The notes under the pieces are model-generated. The model did not search any database, had not been told where the DNA came from, and saw only the letters and a program-made list of their open reading frames with translations. Positions 9,644 through 19,445 of a stretch of DNA of 64,000 nucleotides are shown in pieces. A program made the position numbers and the translations under genes. This stretch comes from Methanomassiliicoccaceae archaeon (GTDB lineage: Archaea > Thermoplasmatota > Thermoplasmata > Methanomassiliicoccales > Methanomassiliicoccaceae). The stretch spans positions 224,001 to 288,000 of the forward strand of contig JAXGZN010000001.1 in the NCBI GenBank assembly GCA_040776945.1, given 5' to 3'. How positions within the stretch are numbered: the first letter of the stretch is position 1; every line of letters starts with the position of its first letter.

Positions 9644-9876
9644 GCAGAGAGGCGACCGCAGTTCCGGCAGTGTTCCATTATTCGTCCGCTGGGGTCTGGG
9701 ACGGTCGTTTCCTGCCCCCTCGTGCCGGCCGAGGGGAACGGTGGAAGCGTCATGGTGGAGCGATATAGATGGTCCGCTGGAATCGATATTTCGCAATGTT
9801 TAATTAGCAAACCGCATTACGGTTAATCTGTCTCGGAGTAGATTTTCTATGAAGAACGAAAGGCGGGATCGCTTTA

Positions 9877-11445
9877 TTGGGCCGTAAAGTGGCCATCTAC
9901 GACACCACACTTAGGGACGGCACCCAATCGGAGGGTGTTTCTTTCTCCACCGAGGATAAGCTGGATATAACCCGGCGCCTCGACCAGTTCGGCATGGACT
10001 ATATCGAGGGCGGGTGGCCCGGATCGAACCCCAAGGACCAGGCCTTCTTCGAGGCCGCCTCAAGGATGAGGTTCGAGCATGCTCGCCTTGTGGCGTTCGG
10101 CAGCACCCGCAAAGCATCCGCGAAAGCCTCCGAGGATGCCAACCTGAGGGCGCTGGTGGAGTCGAAGGCGCCATGCGTGGCCGTCTTCGGGAAGAGCTGG
10201 GACCATCATGTGAAAAACGCCCTGAAGGTCGCTCTCGAAGATAACCTGGAGATGATCGCCGACAGCGTGGCCTATCTAAAGGACCACGGTCTTGAGGTCG
10301 TGTATGATGCGGAGCATTTCTTCGATGGCTATAAGGCGAACCCGGAGTACGCCTTGGCCACGCTCAAGGCGGCGGCCGACGCCGGTGCGGATTGGCTCGT
10401 GCTCTGCGACACCAACGGAGGCTCCTTGCCTGGCGAGGTGGGGGAGGCCTTCAATGTGGTGCGCGAGCGCTTCAGCATCCCGCTGGGTGCTCACGTCCAC
10501 AACGACGGGGACCTGGCAGTGGCCAACTCGCTCGCCGCGGTCGAGCACGGAGCGACCATGGTCCAGGGGACAGTTAACGGCCTGGGGGAAAGGTGCGGCA
10601 ACGCCAACCTATGCTCCATCATACCGACCCTGACTCTCAAGATGGGCAGGGAACTGTCTATCAGGGACCTATCCCACCTCACTTCGCTGTCCACCTTTGT
10701 GAGCGAGACCGCGAATGTTGCCGCGGACCCCCGTCTGCCGTATGTCGGACGAAGCGCGTTCGCCCACAAGGGCGGCGTTCACGTCAGCGCGGTCATGAAG
10801 GACGCCACGACCTATGAGCACATACGGCCCGAGGTGGTCGGCAATGAGCGGCGGGTGCTGGTCTCCGAGCTTGCCGGCACGGCCTCCATATTGGCTAAGA
10901 TGAGGGAGTTCGGAATCGACCCCGACAAGGGATCGGGCAGGTTGGTCCTGGACCGCCTCAAGGAGATGGAGTCCGAGGGGTACCAGTTCGAGGGCGCCGA
11001 GGCATCGTTCGAGCTGCTGGTGCGCAGGCTTCAGGACGGCATCAGGCCGCCGTTCCGCCTCGAGGGCTTCCGCATATTCGTGGACGTCGCCGGCAGCAAC
11101 GTCTCCTCGGAGGCGAGTATCAAGGTCATAGACTCCACCGGCGCGATGGAGCATACCGCGGCCGACGGGAACGGGCCGGTGAACGCCCTTGACCGGGCGG
11201 TCCGCAAGGCGCTGGAGCGCTTTTACCCGGAGCTGCGCCAGGTCAGGCTCGCGGACTACAAGGTCAGGGTCATCGACAGCAAGGACGCCACCGGAGCAAA
11301 GGTGCGGGTGCTCATCAGGTCGACGGACGGCGAGAGGTCGTGGACCACGGTCGGCGTCTCCACCAACGTCATCGAGGCCTCGCTCGCCGCACTGCTGGAC
11401 AGCATGGAGTACAAGCTGATGCTGGTCCGCAACGGGGGTCCGTGA
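9877..11445 (+). CDS. cimA: Citramalate synthase (LeuA/CimA DRE-TIM family)
   Basis: YDTTLRDGTQSEG, IEGGWPGSNPKD, YDAEHFFDG, HVHND, AFAHKGGVH, C-terminal LeuA regulatory domain GNGPVNALD. Confidence 0.9.
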   Translation: MGRKVAIYDTTLRDGTQSEGVSFSTEDKLDITRRLDQFGMDYIEGGWPGSNPKDQAFFEAASRMRFEHARLVAFGSTRKASAKASEDANLRALVESKAPCVAVFGKSWDHHVKNALKVALEDNLEMIADSVAYLKDHGLEVVYDAEHFFDGYKANPEYALATLKAAADAGADWLVLCDTNGGSLPGEVGEAFNVVRERFSIPLGAHVHNDGDLAVANSLAAVEHGATMVQGTVNGLGERCGNANLCSIIPTLTLKMGRELSIRDLSHLTSLSTFVSETANVAADPRLPYVGRSAFAHKGGVHVSAVMKDATTYEHIRPEVVGNERRVLVSELAGTASILAKMREFGIDPDKGSGRLVLDRLKEMESEGYQFEGAEASFELLVRRLQDGIRPPFRLEGFRIFVDVAGSNVSSEASIKVIDSTGAMEHTAADGNGPVNALDRAVRKALERFYPELRQVRLADYKVRVIDSKDATGAKVRVLIRSTDGERSWTTVGVSTNVIEASLAALLDSMEYKLMLVRNGGP

Positions 11446-11529
11446 CCTTTCCCGCCCCTTATATCCCGATGATGCGATGGCGGTGCGGGGATCCGAACGG
11501 CGAAGGGCGGAGGGCCCGGTAGACCGCGA

Positions 11530-12566
11530 TCATGGATCGTGGTGACATTGGCGGCCGTGGAGATAATGATCGAAGCGCTGGCCGCGGTCATGCCGTACAT
11601 GGATGCCGGGGACAGCAGTTACCGCCGAGAGGCAGGCCAGACCACCTGGTAGATGATCATTAGCTCATCAATTGGAGCCAACGGTACGGTCATGGGCGAC
11701 TCGCCCGACACCCTGTTCATCGCCGACAGCCTGGCCGAGGTGGCGCAGCGCGTTCTGGTCGTCGGTGTTAGTGCGAGCTTCGATGCCGATGAGGTGCTGT
11801 GCGTCGACTGCACCGGAATGACCGAGGAACGCCTATTCAGGTTGACCGCGCCGATCAGGACCTTCATCCTCCGGGGAGCGCCGGTGATCTTCCTCAACGA
11901 TACCTCGGGAACGATGGCGCGAGCGATCGACGGGGAGAAGATGTCGTGCGTCAACGCGATCGCCGGGGACGTCTCCCCGATCGCGGTCCGGGCGCTGAAG
12001 CACGACCCCCTGGGCGGTCACTCCGGCAGCCTGCGCCTGGGAGGGAGCGCTTCGAACCGCGGCCAGTTTGCCGGCGCGCTGCGCATCGCCCACAACTGGT
12101 CGGCAGAGCGCCTGAAGAACGCCGACGCTTCCGGCGAGCTCGATGATCGCGTCCGCGTCTACGCGGCCTTCTCCTATTCCTACTACTCCGGGGAGGCCTG
12201 CGCCCCCTATGGGCGCTTCGCCGTTTCCAACACCTACGTCCGAACGATCTGGAACATGACCCAGGACTAAGACTGGTGGAGCGTGCACTACCGCATGGGA
12301 ACGGGCCCGGCTATGGCGCCTACGATAACGATCAACGGACCGGAGAGATGACCATGGGCTCGACCTTCGGCAGCAGGGCGGTCCTGAGCCGGCACTATGC
12401 CAGCACCTCCTCCGGTGCCGACAGTGTGGGCATCTACATGAGCCCCGGCGAACACGGAGGGCCGGGGGCCGGCGTGAGAGCGGACAGGGATGCGGGCATA
12501 ACCTTCCAGGAGAGCTACAGCATCGACTGGCAGAGGCCATCGCTCTTCACCTGGGAGTCCCGCTAG
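11530..12566 (+). pseudogene. Disrupted exported/membrane protein
   Basis: Hydrophobic N-terminal segment (WIVVTLAAVEIMIEALAAV), in-frame TAG 11650, ORF 11653-12270, TAA 12268 read on as DWWSVHY, then frameshift into the 12276-12566 frame. Confidence 0.5.
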
Positions 12567-12638
12567 GTGTCTCTGACGGTCGAGGGCCGCTTGAACTAGG
12601 GGCAATGATTTATCCCGCCATCTCCCTCCCCGACCTCG

Positions 12639-13598
12639 ATGGCCTATAAAGTCGATATCATCGGCCCGGAGGAGCGCGAGGGCCTCTTCCGCCGCTACGA
12701 GCCCCGATACCTGTACTCTTCGAAGTGCGAGCTCCACGGCACCTGCATCCGCCTGCTCACCGACCAGGCGAACACCAACAACTACTGGGAGGACAACTTC
12801 TATAGCATGTCGGAGAGCGTCCGCTCCCATGGCCGCCTGGTGGTTCTGGACGATCCGGAGCAGGAGATGGGCGTAAGGTACGATCCGCTCACCAGGACCG
12901 CGTTCCTGTTCAACATCGACTACTACGGCTGGGTGAAGAGCATCGCCCTGGCCCTGGCCGGCGACATCCTGGAGGACCAGCACCGCATCCACTCCGTCCA
13001 CGGGGCGGCGCTGGACGTGGCCGGGAAGGGCGTGACGCTGATCGCCCCGTCGAAGTCGGGGAAGACGACACACTCCTGGGGCCTGCTCCGGTCGAACGAT
13101 GCCCGCCTGGTGACCGATGACTGGTTCTTCGTGCGCATGTCCTCAAAGCGCCCGCTTGCCTACGGCTCGGAGAAGAACTTCTACGTGGAGGGGGACATCG
13201 CCAGCATCTGGCCCGAGTACCAGCACCTGGTGGACAAGGCGACCTTCGATAATCGCGGAAGGGCCATCGTGAACGTCCGCTGGACGGTGGGACAGGGCGG
13301 GGTGGTTCCCATGGCCACCATGTACAAGGTCATCTTTCTGAAGAGGGACAAGGGCGACCCGGAGGTCAGCAGGCGGCTCAGCGTCGAGGAGTCGATGGCT
13401 TATCTGGAAGCGAACAACTTCTGCAACCCCCATCAGCTGGTCAAGGACGAGAGGAAGATGAGGCTGCGTCGTGACTTCTTCCGCGAGTTCCTAAGACAGT
13501 GCGAGGTGCACATAGTGAACACCGTTGCCCCGCCTCTGGAGGTCCAAGAGGTCGTCCGCGGCATCGCCTGTGGCAAGGGGTCGGCGGACAAGTGCTAG
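12639..13598 (+). CDS. HPr kinase-related P-loop protein
   Basis: VHGAALDVAGKGVTLIAPSKSGKTT Walker A and LVTDDW motif of the HprK/PEPCK fold. Confidence 0.82.
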   Translation: MAYKVDIIGPEEREGLFRRYEPRYLYSSKCELHGTCIRLLTDQANTNNYWEDNFYSMSESVRSHGRLVVLDDPEQEMGVRYDPLTRTAFLFNIDYYGWVKSIALALAGDILEDQHRIHSVHGAALDVAGKGVTLIAPSKSGKTTHSWGLLRSNDARLVTDDWFFVRMSSKRPLAYGSEKNFYVEGDIASIWPEYQHLVDKATFDNRGRAIVNVRWTVGQGGVVPMATMYKVIFLKRDKGDPEVSRRLSVEESMAYLEANNFCNPHQLVKDERKMRLRRDFFREFLRQCEVHIVNTVAPPLEVQEVVRGIACGKGSADKC

Positions 13599-14008
13599 AG
13601 GCCAGTGGACCAACGGATGTTCTTGAGAGAGGAGCCCCCGAAGATTAAAGAAATGGTGGGGAAGTTGGAGAAGGTCCACGGGGACTCCCCACCCTCATAT
13701 TGAGGAAGGGCTTATAATAATTATCCCCACTTTTTCTAAACTCGCCGACGAGGCTAGAGCGGCCGGGGACCAGGTCCCCGAGGCCGAAAGCCCCCGTAAG
13801 CAAGTTCAGACCGGCGAGAAGATGGAACATGGCATCGTAAGGGAGGGGCCGGCGGAATTGGGAAGCCTTCGCTCCTGCAGCTGGGCAGCATATCGATGAA
13901 CGGCACATGATGTGGGCCGTTCGTTCCCATGCCTGAAAACGAGCCGCCAGGGTCGGTACGATGAGGGCCGTGCAAAAAGGGCAAGGGGGCGGACCGGTCC
14001 CGCCCCGC

Positions 14009-14587
14009 CTAACGTTCCTCGCTGGCCGCCGGCCTCTTCACCTCTCCGTGGACCTTGATTCCGGAGGCGATGTTGAGTATGCCGACCACTATCAGGAAGG
14101 TCCCGATCAGCCACAGCAAGGCCAATATGCCCGCGCCAGGGAACACCGCCAGAAGAACGCCGATGACCAGGGACCATATGCCAGATATGACCAACAGACC
14201 ACGGTTCGAGGTGCCAAAGGCGGTCTGGCCCTTGGGGGCCGCGATCCCTTCTGCTATCTGCAGTATCCCGGTGATCACGGCGAAAGCCCCGAACAGATAT
14301 ATCGCCCATAGGGCGGTGATCCCCGGTGCAAGCAGCGCGATCAATCCCAGAATAACTACAATGGCCCCTTCCGCAAGGTTCAATGTCCGCCATCTGCCTC
14401 CGGCCTCCTTTTGCCTGCTGTAGGCGATCAGCATGATGCCACTGATGATCAGGAGCAGGCCGAATGCATATAGGAACAGAACGAGCGTGAACCCTGGGAC
14501 AAGCAGGAAAGCCAACCCGAACACGAGGGCCATTATGCCTACGGCCATCCGGCCCCACCATGTCCTCGTTATTTTTTCATCTGCCAT
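14009..14587 (-). CDS. HdeD/DUF308 family membrane protein
   Basis: Six TM helices, repeated GxxxLxxP and FxxxxGIxxI motifs. Confidence 0.88.
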   Translation of the reverse strand: MADEKITRTWWGRMAVGIMALVFGLAFLLVPGFTLVLFLYAFGLLLIISGIMLIAYSRQKEAGGRWRTLNLAEGAIVVILGLIALLAPGITALWAIYLFGAFAVITGILQIAEGIAAPKGQTAFGTSNRGLLVISGIWSLVIGVLLAVFPGAGILALLWLIGTFLIVVGILNIASGIKVHGEVKRPAASEER

Positions 14588-15121
14588 CCAGTTCGACCTC
14601 CGTTCCGGGTCGCTGCCCGGCCATCTTACATTTCCGACCGCGGCCTATAAAAACCGATCCATCGGCATTGGGCACATATGGGCGGATGGAGCGCTGTTCG
14701 GGCGGTGATCTGAACGCGTTAATGTTAAGGCGAGATGGCGCAGCGGTTCCGTCGGCGATGTTCGTTGCTAAAAGGCCGTTGGCGGAAGCCTCTATGCTCA
14801 TGAGAGGTTCGTCCGACCGACCCTCCGTGAGGGACGTTGACATTGTGATCCTACCTCTTCTTAGGAGCGAGCATGAATGCCTGTATAAAGGTCCCTGATG
14901 CCATGGCGGCCATCATCACATCGGGATCAATGAATGTACTCCGCCCGCTCGCGGACGACCTGGTGCTGGTGAAGCGACCTGGTCCCGAACATTGGATGCC
15001 ATCGACCTCGTCCTCGTAACGCCAGGGCCTAGGTGCTAATAGAAAGGCCAGATGAGAAAGGACATGCCAGCCCTATCATTAGAGGTAATCATATTTCATT
15101 CCATGTTGGAAATATATTTAA

Positions 15122-15283
15122 ATGGAGGCCGATGATGCTATGGGCATGGAAGAGAACGGATCGATGCAGAGTGCTCCACAGGCTCGTGAGACGCGGAACA
15201 CCAAGAGGTTCGACCGCTTCCTTCTGGCCTACTTCCTTGGCATCGTGCTCATCTCCTTCTATGCGCTGTTCTCCCAGCACTGA
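15122..15283 (+). CDS. Small single-TM protein (53 aa), not in ORF track
   Basis: MEADDAMGMEENGSMQSAPQARETRNTKRFDRFLLAYFLGIVLISFYALFSQH*; AT-rich TATA-like AATATATTTAA upstream. Confidence 0.55.
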   Translation: MEADDAMGMEENGSMQSAPQARETRNTKRFDRFLLAYFLGIVLISFYALFSQH

Positions 15284-15372
15284 GAACCAAGGAGCATAGG
15301 TGCAGGCAAAGGCCGGCGGGTCAAAGGGCAGCTCATGAGGAACGGTCAATAGGTCCCATCGGCCTCATGGAG

Positions 15373-16812
15373 CTAGCTCTTCCGGTGGCCCCCTTCTTCC
15401 TTTTTCGTCTCCTTTTCACTGGCCCAGGATGTCACCGCGCCGATTAGTGAGAGCGCTCCTGCGATGGCCACCGCCACGGCGACGGAGGAGGCTAGCTCGG
15501 AGGCGAGAGGACCGCCGGCGATGGCGCTGTAGTCCATTGAGCCCATCAGGATGGTCATGATCATGGTCGCCAAGGAGACCCCGATCGCTGCGCTGAGGTT
15601 CCTGATGGTCGCCTGGACGCTCGAGGCCAGGCCGCTCTTCTCTCTGGGAAGCGCAAGCATGAACTCGTTGTTGTTCGGCGTCTGGAAAACGCTGCTGCCG
15701 ACGCCCATGCAAGCAAAGGACACGAGGGTCAGCGGCACATCCTCCGTGAGGTACGCGAAGGCCAGGAGGAACAGCGAGGCCGCCCTGACCAGATGGCCGA
15801 TGGTGGCATAGGGCCGGAACCTCGCCCGATCGTACATGCGGCCAACCAACGGAGAGCCTACCATGAGCACGGCGGGAAGGATCATGAAGATAATGCCGAT
15901 GGTCTCTGGATCGTAGTCCAAGACTCCCTCGTAGTAGAACGGCCCCAGTATGGAAACCATGTTGAGCGATATGAAGAACAGGAGCATGCTGAGGCCGACG
16001 AGGTCGAACCTCAGGACCTTGAAGATGGAGAGGTCGAGCAGCGGCTCTCCGGTCCGACGCTCCCATAATATGAAGAGGATGAGGGTGACGACGAATATCA
16101 CCAGGTAGCTCATAGAGGCAGGGTCCGGCCTGCCGCTGTCTCCCAGCGAGCCCAACATGAGGACCAAGGAGGCGATGCATGCCGTCCACAGCACAGAGCC
16201 TGGAAGGTCCAATCGAAGGCGGTCGCACAGCACTTCGTCGTCCTTCATTACCTTGATCGCTATCGCCGCCGCCACCAGCCCTATCGGCACGTTGACGAAG
16301 AATATCGATTGCCATCCCAGGGTGCCCACCAACAGGCCGCCGATCACCGGACCGAGCAGCGCGCCCATGGCGACGATGGCCCCCAGGAACCCCATGGCCT
16401 TGCCTCGTTCTGACGGACCGAAGGTCCTGAAGACGATGGCGGTGGACACGCTGAACAACATCGACGCGCCCAAGCCCTGGATGGTCCGGAAGATGATGAG
16501 CTGAGAGAGCCCGGAGGACAGGGCACAGAGGAGTGAGGATATCGAGAAGACGACCAGGCCGACGTTGAACATCTTTGCCTGGCCCACGCGCTCGGCGACC
16601 TTTCCCGAGATTATGAGCGCGCAGGTCTGGACCAGCACGTAGGCGGTCACCACCCACTGGGCGTCCGCCACCGCCACGTCGTAGTAGGTGGTTATGGCCG
16701 GCAGGGCGATGTTCAGGGCCACGGTGTCCAGGACCGACATGAACACTCCGGTAAGGATGATGGCCAGGACCAGATAGCGCCTCCCGCCATCGCCTGAGCT
16801 GCCAATGCGCAT
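15373..16812 (-). CDS. MFS drug:H+ antiporter (DHA2, 14-TMS)
   Basis: FMSVLDTVALNIALP, FRTIQGLGAS, ERGKAMG, GPVIGGLL, WQSIFFVNVPIG. Confidence 0.93.
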   Translation of the reverse strand: MRIGSSGDGGRRYLVLAIILTGVFMSVLDTVALNIALPAITTYYDVAVADAQWVVTAYVLVQTCALIISGKVAERVGQAKMFNVGLVVFSISSLLCALSSGLSQLIIFRTIQGLGASMLFSVSTAIVFRTFGPSERGKAMGFLGAIVAMGALLGPVIGGLLVGTLGWQSIFFVNVPIGLVAAAIAIKVMKDDEVLCDRLRLDLPGSVLWTACIASLVLMLGSLGDSGRPDPASMSYLVIFVVTLILFILWERRTGEPLLDLSIFKVLRFDLVGLSMLLFFISLNMVSILGPFYYEGVLDYDPETIGIIFMILPAVLMVGSPLVGRMYDRARFRPYATIGHLVRAASLFLLAFAYLTEDVPLTLVSFACMGVGSSVFQTPNNNEFMLALPREKSGLASSVQATIRNLSAAIGVSLATMIMTILMGSMDYSAIAGGPLASELASSVAVAVAIAGALSLIGAVTSWASEKETKKEEGGHRKS

Positions 16813-16910
16813 GAGAGCACCGGAGCGTGGACTGAAGAATAAAGCTTGGCATAGCCGCAGCGTAAGAACTAGCGAGATGGCATCAGGCCGGACGCCGCCA
16901 TCTCCGAAGC

Positions 16911-17405
16911 CTAGGTCCGCTCCAGGATCTGGGTGACGAACATCAGGACCTTCTCCTGCCAGCCATCCAGCAGAGGCCCTTTCATGGTGTCCGGGTTCAC
17001 GAAGGCACGCATCTCCGCCACCTTGATCATGCCCTTGGCCTTGAGCTGCTCGTCGATCATCGGCACGGTGCGGCGGACCCTCTCCAGCTCATCCTCCGCC
17101 GGCATCTTTCCGGTTCGCTTGTCCGGCATGGCCGCGCTGAAGGTGGCGATGACCGCGTACCTTGTGCCGGGAGGCAGGGACAGCTTCTTCAGGAACCGGA
17201 TCATGTCCCCCGGCGCCTTGCCGAAGTGGGTCGGAGAGCCGAAGACGTACAGGTCGGCCGGCGGGACGTCCCGGGGGCTCATATCGCTCACGTGGTGGAC
17301 CTCCACCTCGTTCCCCTTCTCTACCATCAGCTTCCTGAGCTCTTCCGCCAGCTTTGCTCCGTTCCCGTACTTAGAGGCGTGATAGACCGCGATCCTCATG
17401 CCCAC
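16911..17405 (-). CDS. Flavodoxin-family protein
   Basis: YHASKYGNG FMN loop, VFGSPTHFG, KGPLLDGW. Confidence 0.88.
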   Translation of the reverse strand: MGMRIAVYHASKYGNGAKLAEELRKLMVEKGNEVEVHHVSDMSPRDVPPADLYVFGSPTHFGKAPGDMIRFLKKLSLPPGTRYAVIATFSAAMPDKRTGKMPAEDELERVRRTVPMIDEQLKAKGMIKVAEMRAFVNPDTMKGPLLDGWQEKVLMFVTQILERT

Positions 17406-17563
17406 ACCCTAATGGATATTCCAGCCACCATGTAATATTGTTGGCGATAGGCCCTTGGATGCCGCGGCTCTCGCGAGGCGGCCGTTGAATGCCGTCGAGA
17501 GATCGTCTGGCCTGCCGTCCGCGATCCTATATTGAAAAAGGAAGATCAGGAACGGGAGAGTTC

Positions 17564-18688
17564 CTATTCCTTCATCCTGCCTCCGTCCCTGGACCCCTGG
17601 ACGAACGCTCGGAAGTTCGCTTCGGACATCATGGGAGGGCATTCGCAGGCCATTGAGGCGAAGAAGCCGTTCTTGAAGTGCTTGTACCTCATGGCATCCT
17701 TGTATGCCTGTTCGTATATCTGCTGGGGCGTGCCATTGAACGCGAGGATGGTGTCGGTGTTGCCCATTAGGCAGCACTTGCTCTCGTAGATCTTGGCGGC
17801 CTTGATCAGGTCGAACGGTTTCTGGCCGTCATAGGCGATGTGCATTACCGAGCCGGTCGGGAACGGCATGTCCTCGCACAGGTGGTAGTCCTGGCCGTGG
17901 TCGCCGCATTGATGGTAGAATATTCCGGTCGTACCGGAGCCGATGCCTATGATCTTGTTCAGAGCATCCTTCATGTAGTCGGTGGCGAACTCCTTGCACT
18001 GGTCGACGGACATCGTCGAGCTGTTCGCCAGCAGGGTGGCGCAGGATGTTTTGAACGGCTTTCCACCGTAGAGGTCGCTCACCGCCTCGCAGGCGTTGAC
18101 GCAATGCACCACGACCTTCCTCATGATGCTGTGCACGAGCTCCGGTTCCTGGAAGCACCACATCAGCATGTTCTCCGGCGAGACCCAGAACGAACCGATG
18201 ACGAACGGCTCGTAGATGAACTGCCATGGTTTGTAGCCCTTGCCTGAGTATGCCTCCGCCGCCTTCAGTCCCCTGGCGTGCAGCGCCATGGTCGGGCCCT
18301 TTGCCAGCTCCTCCGTCGACAGCGGCTCGATCTTATCGGCCTTGTCCACCGTATCCGCCGGGTAGGTCAGTATCCCGGGGGCGGGCATGAGGCCGGTGGG
18401 CATCTTTATCGTTCCGCCGTAGTCCTCGCTCCAATAGACCGAATAGTTCCAGTTGAGGTACGGCACGAAGCTGTGCATCCGGGCGGTGTCCAGCTGCCAG
18501 GCGATGGCCTTCTCCGGCTCCGTATAGTACTCGTACAGGGAGTGGCCGCAAGCGGTGGCCGCGTAACCGCCGACCAGCGGAGCTATGGGCGCCTGGTCGT
18601 GGTCCCTGCCCACGAACATCCTCTTGATGTTCTCCCTCTGCCGATCGTAGTTCTCTCTCGTCCCGGGGGGCAGCGATTCCCAGCTCAT
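17564..18688 (-). CDS. UroD-superfamily MtaA/CmuA-type methylcobamide methyltransferase
   Basis: Zn ligands HQCGD and C-terminal MACECPP; LMGNTDT, GTPQQI. Confidence 0.85.
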   Translation of the reverse strand: MSWESLPPGTRENYDRQRENIKRMFVGRDHDQAPIAPLVGGYAATACGHSLYEYYTEPEKAIAWQLDTARMHSFVPYLNWNYSVYWSEDYGGTIKMPTGLMPAPGILTYPADTVDKADKIEPLSTEELAKGPTMALHARGLKAAEAYSGKGYKPWQFIYEPFVIGSFWVSPENMLMWCFQEPELVHSIMRKVVVHCVNACEAVSDLYGGKPFKTSCATLLANSSTMSVDQCKEFATDYMKDALNKIIGIGSGTTGIFYHQCGDHGQDYHLCEDMPFPTGSVMHIAYDGQKPFDLIKAAKIYESKCCLMGNTDTILAFNGTPQQIYEQAYKDAMRYKHFKNGFFASMACECPPMMSEANFRAFVQGSRDGGRMKE

Positions 18689-19087
18689 TTCAGCTCCCTC
18701 ATCGTCTTCACCATCTCATCATCTACGCCCTCATTAAGGATCGCTTGATCTGAGCAGGGTCAGCGATCGTGCCGCGGAACCCCTTTTTTCGGGCGATATC
18801 CTTTTTGCATATGGTTCAGCATATATGCAACTTGCTGGCACTATCGCAGAACGGCGATGTCTTGCCCTGCGGGACCTGTTCAGATCATGACCTCCAAGGC
18901 GGCAGGACCAGGAGGCCATGCATTGCTCTTATCATGAAGATCGATCGCCTATGGCACGGTTGAGATGGAGGGTGAGGAGCCAGAGACCATTTGGACAACG
19001 AACATCTCCTCGAATTGCATATTTCCCTCAACGAAGAGAGGGCGCATATGGAGGAAAGGCAAAAATCGACTTGACCAGATTAAGGAG

Positions 19088-19259
19088 TGGGGGCACTGGG
19101 ATTTGAACCCAGATCAGCGGGTTTCCACCGGACAGGGAGCGACCCTGTCGGAATCGTACGGGTCAACGCTCCAGTCAATCATCACTGGTCAGCAAACCCG
19201 TTCTCTTTCATTCCCGTATAACTGGAGCCCGCGAGGATACCGAACTACCCCATACCCCC
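19088..19259 (-). tRNA. tRNA-Trp(CCA) with about 99-nt intron at 37/38
   Basis: GGGGGTA/TGCCCCC acceptor, GCGGG-CT-CCA-G|intron 19123-19221|A-CCCGC, GGTTCAAATCC T-loop. Confidence 0.95.
19123..19221 (-). ncRNA. Intron-encoded box C/D guide RNA (predicted Cm34 and Cm39 of pre-tRNA-Trp)
   Basis: C-like AATGAA, guide CGGGTTT + D' CTGA, C' GTGATGA, guide ACTGGAGC + D-like TTGA; the N+5 rule targets C39 and C34. Confidence 0.85.
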
Positions 19260-19270
19260 ACTGTTCAGCA

Positions 19271-19378
19271 TTATACCTTGCGCATCTTCTGCGCGCGCTT
19301 GCGGCGCCTCATCTTCTTCTTGCGCCACTTCCATCTTTGATTGCCTCGCTTCTTCCAAGCGCGTGAGCTTCTCTTCAT
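19271..19378 (-). CDS. rpl41e: Ribosomal protein L41e (eL41/eS32), not in ORF track
   Basis: MKRSSRAWKKRGNQRWKWRKKKMRRRKRAQKMRKV*; RWKWRKKKMRR is the L41e signature. Confidence 0.9.
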   Translation of the reverse strand: MKRSSRAWKKRGNQRWKWRKKKMRRRKRAQKMRKV

Positions 19379-19445
19379 CAGTACTCCTCAGTGCTATATT
19401 CTTGCCCTGAATCATCGGGCCCATATGAAGGTTTGGATTGGGAAA

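Noticed and set aside
13745-13805. Hammerhead ribozyme (CCGACGAG...CGAAA resemblance)
   Set aside because: Core has C in place of the conserved U of CUGANGA and no stem III/NUH cleavage triplet can be built; kept only as a generic structured RNA candidate
15416-16852. 478-aa alternative-frame ORF over the MFS gene, and similar long shadow ORFs such as 8540-9796
   Set aside because: Arg/Gly/Pro-rich off-frame or antisense products expected from high GC3; no motifs
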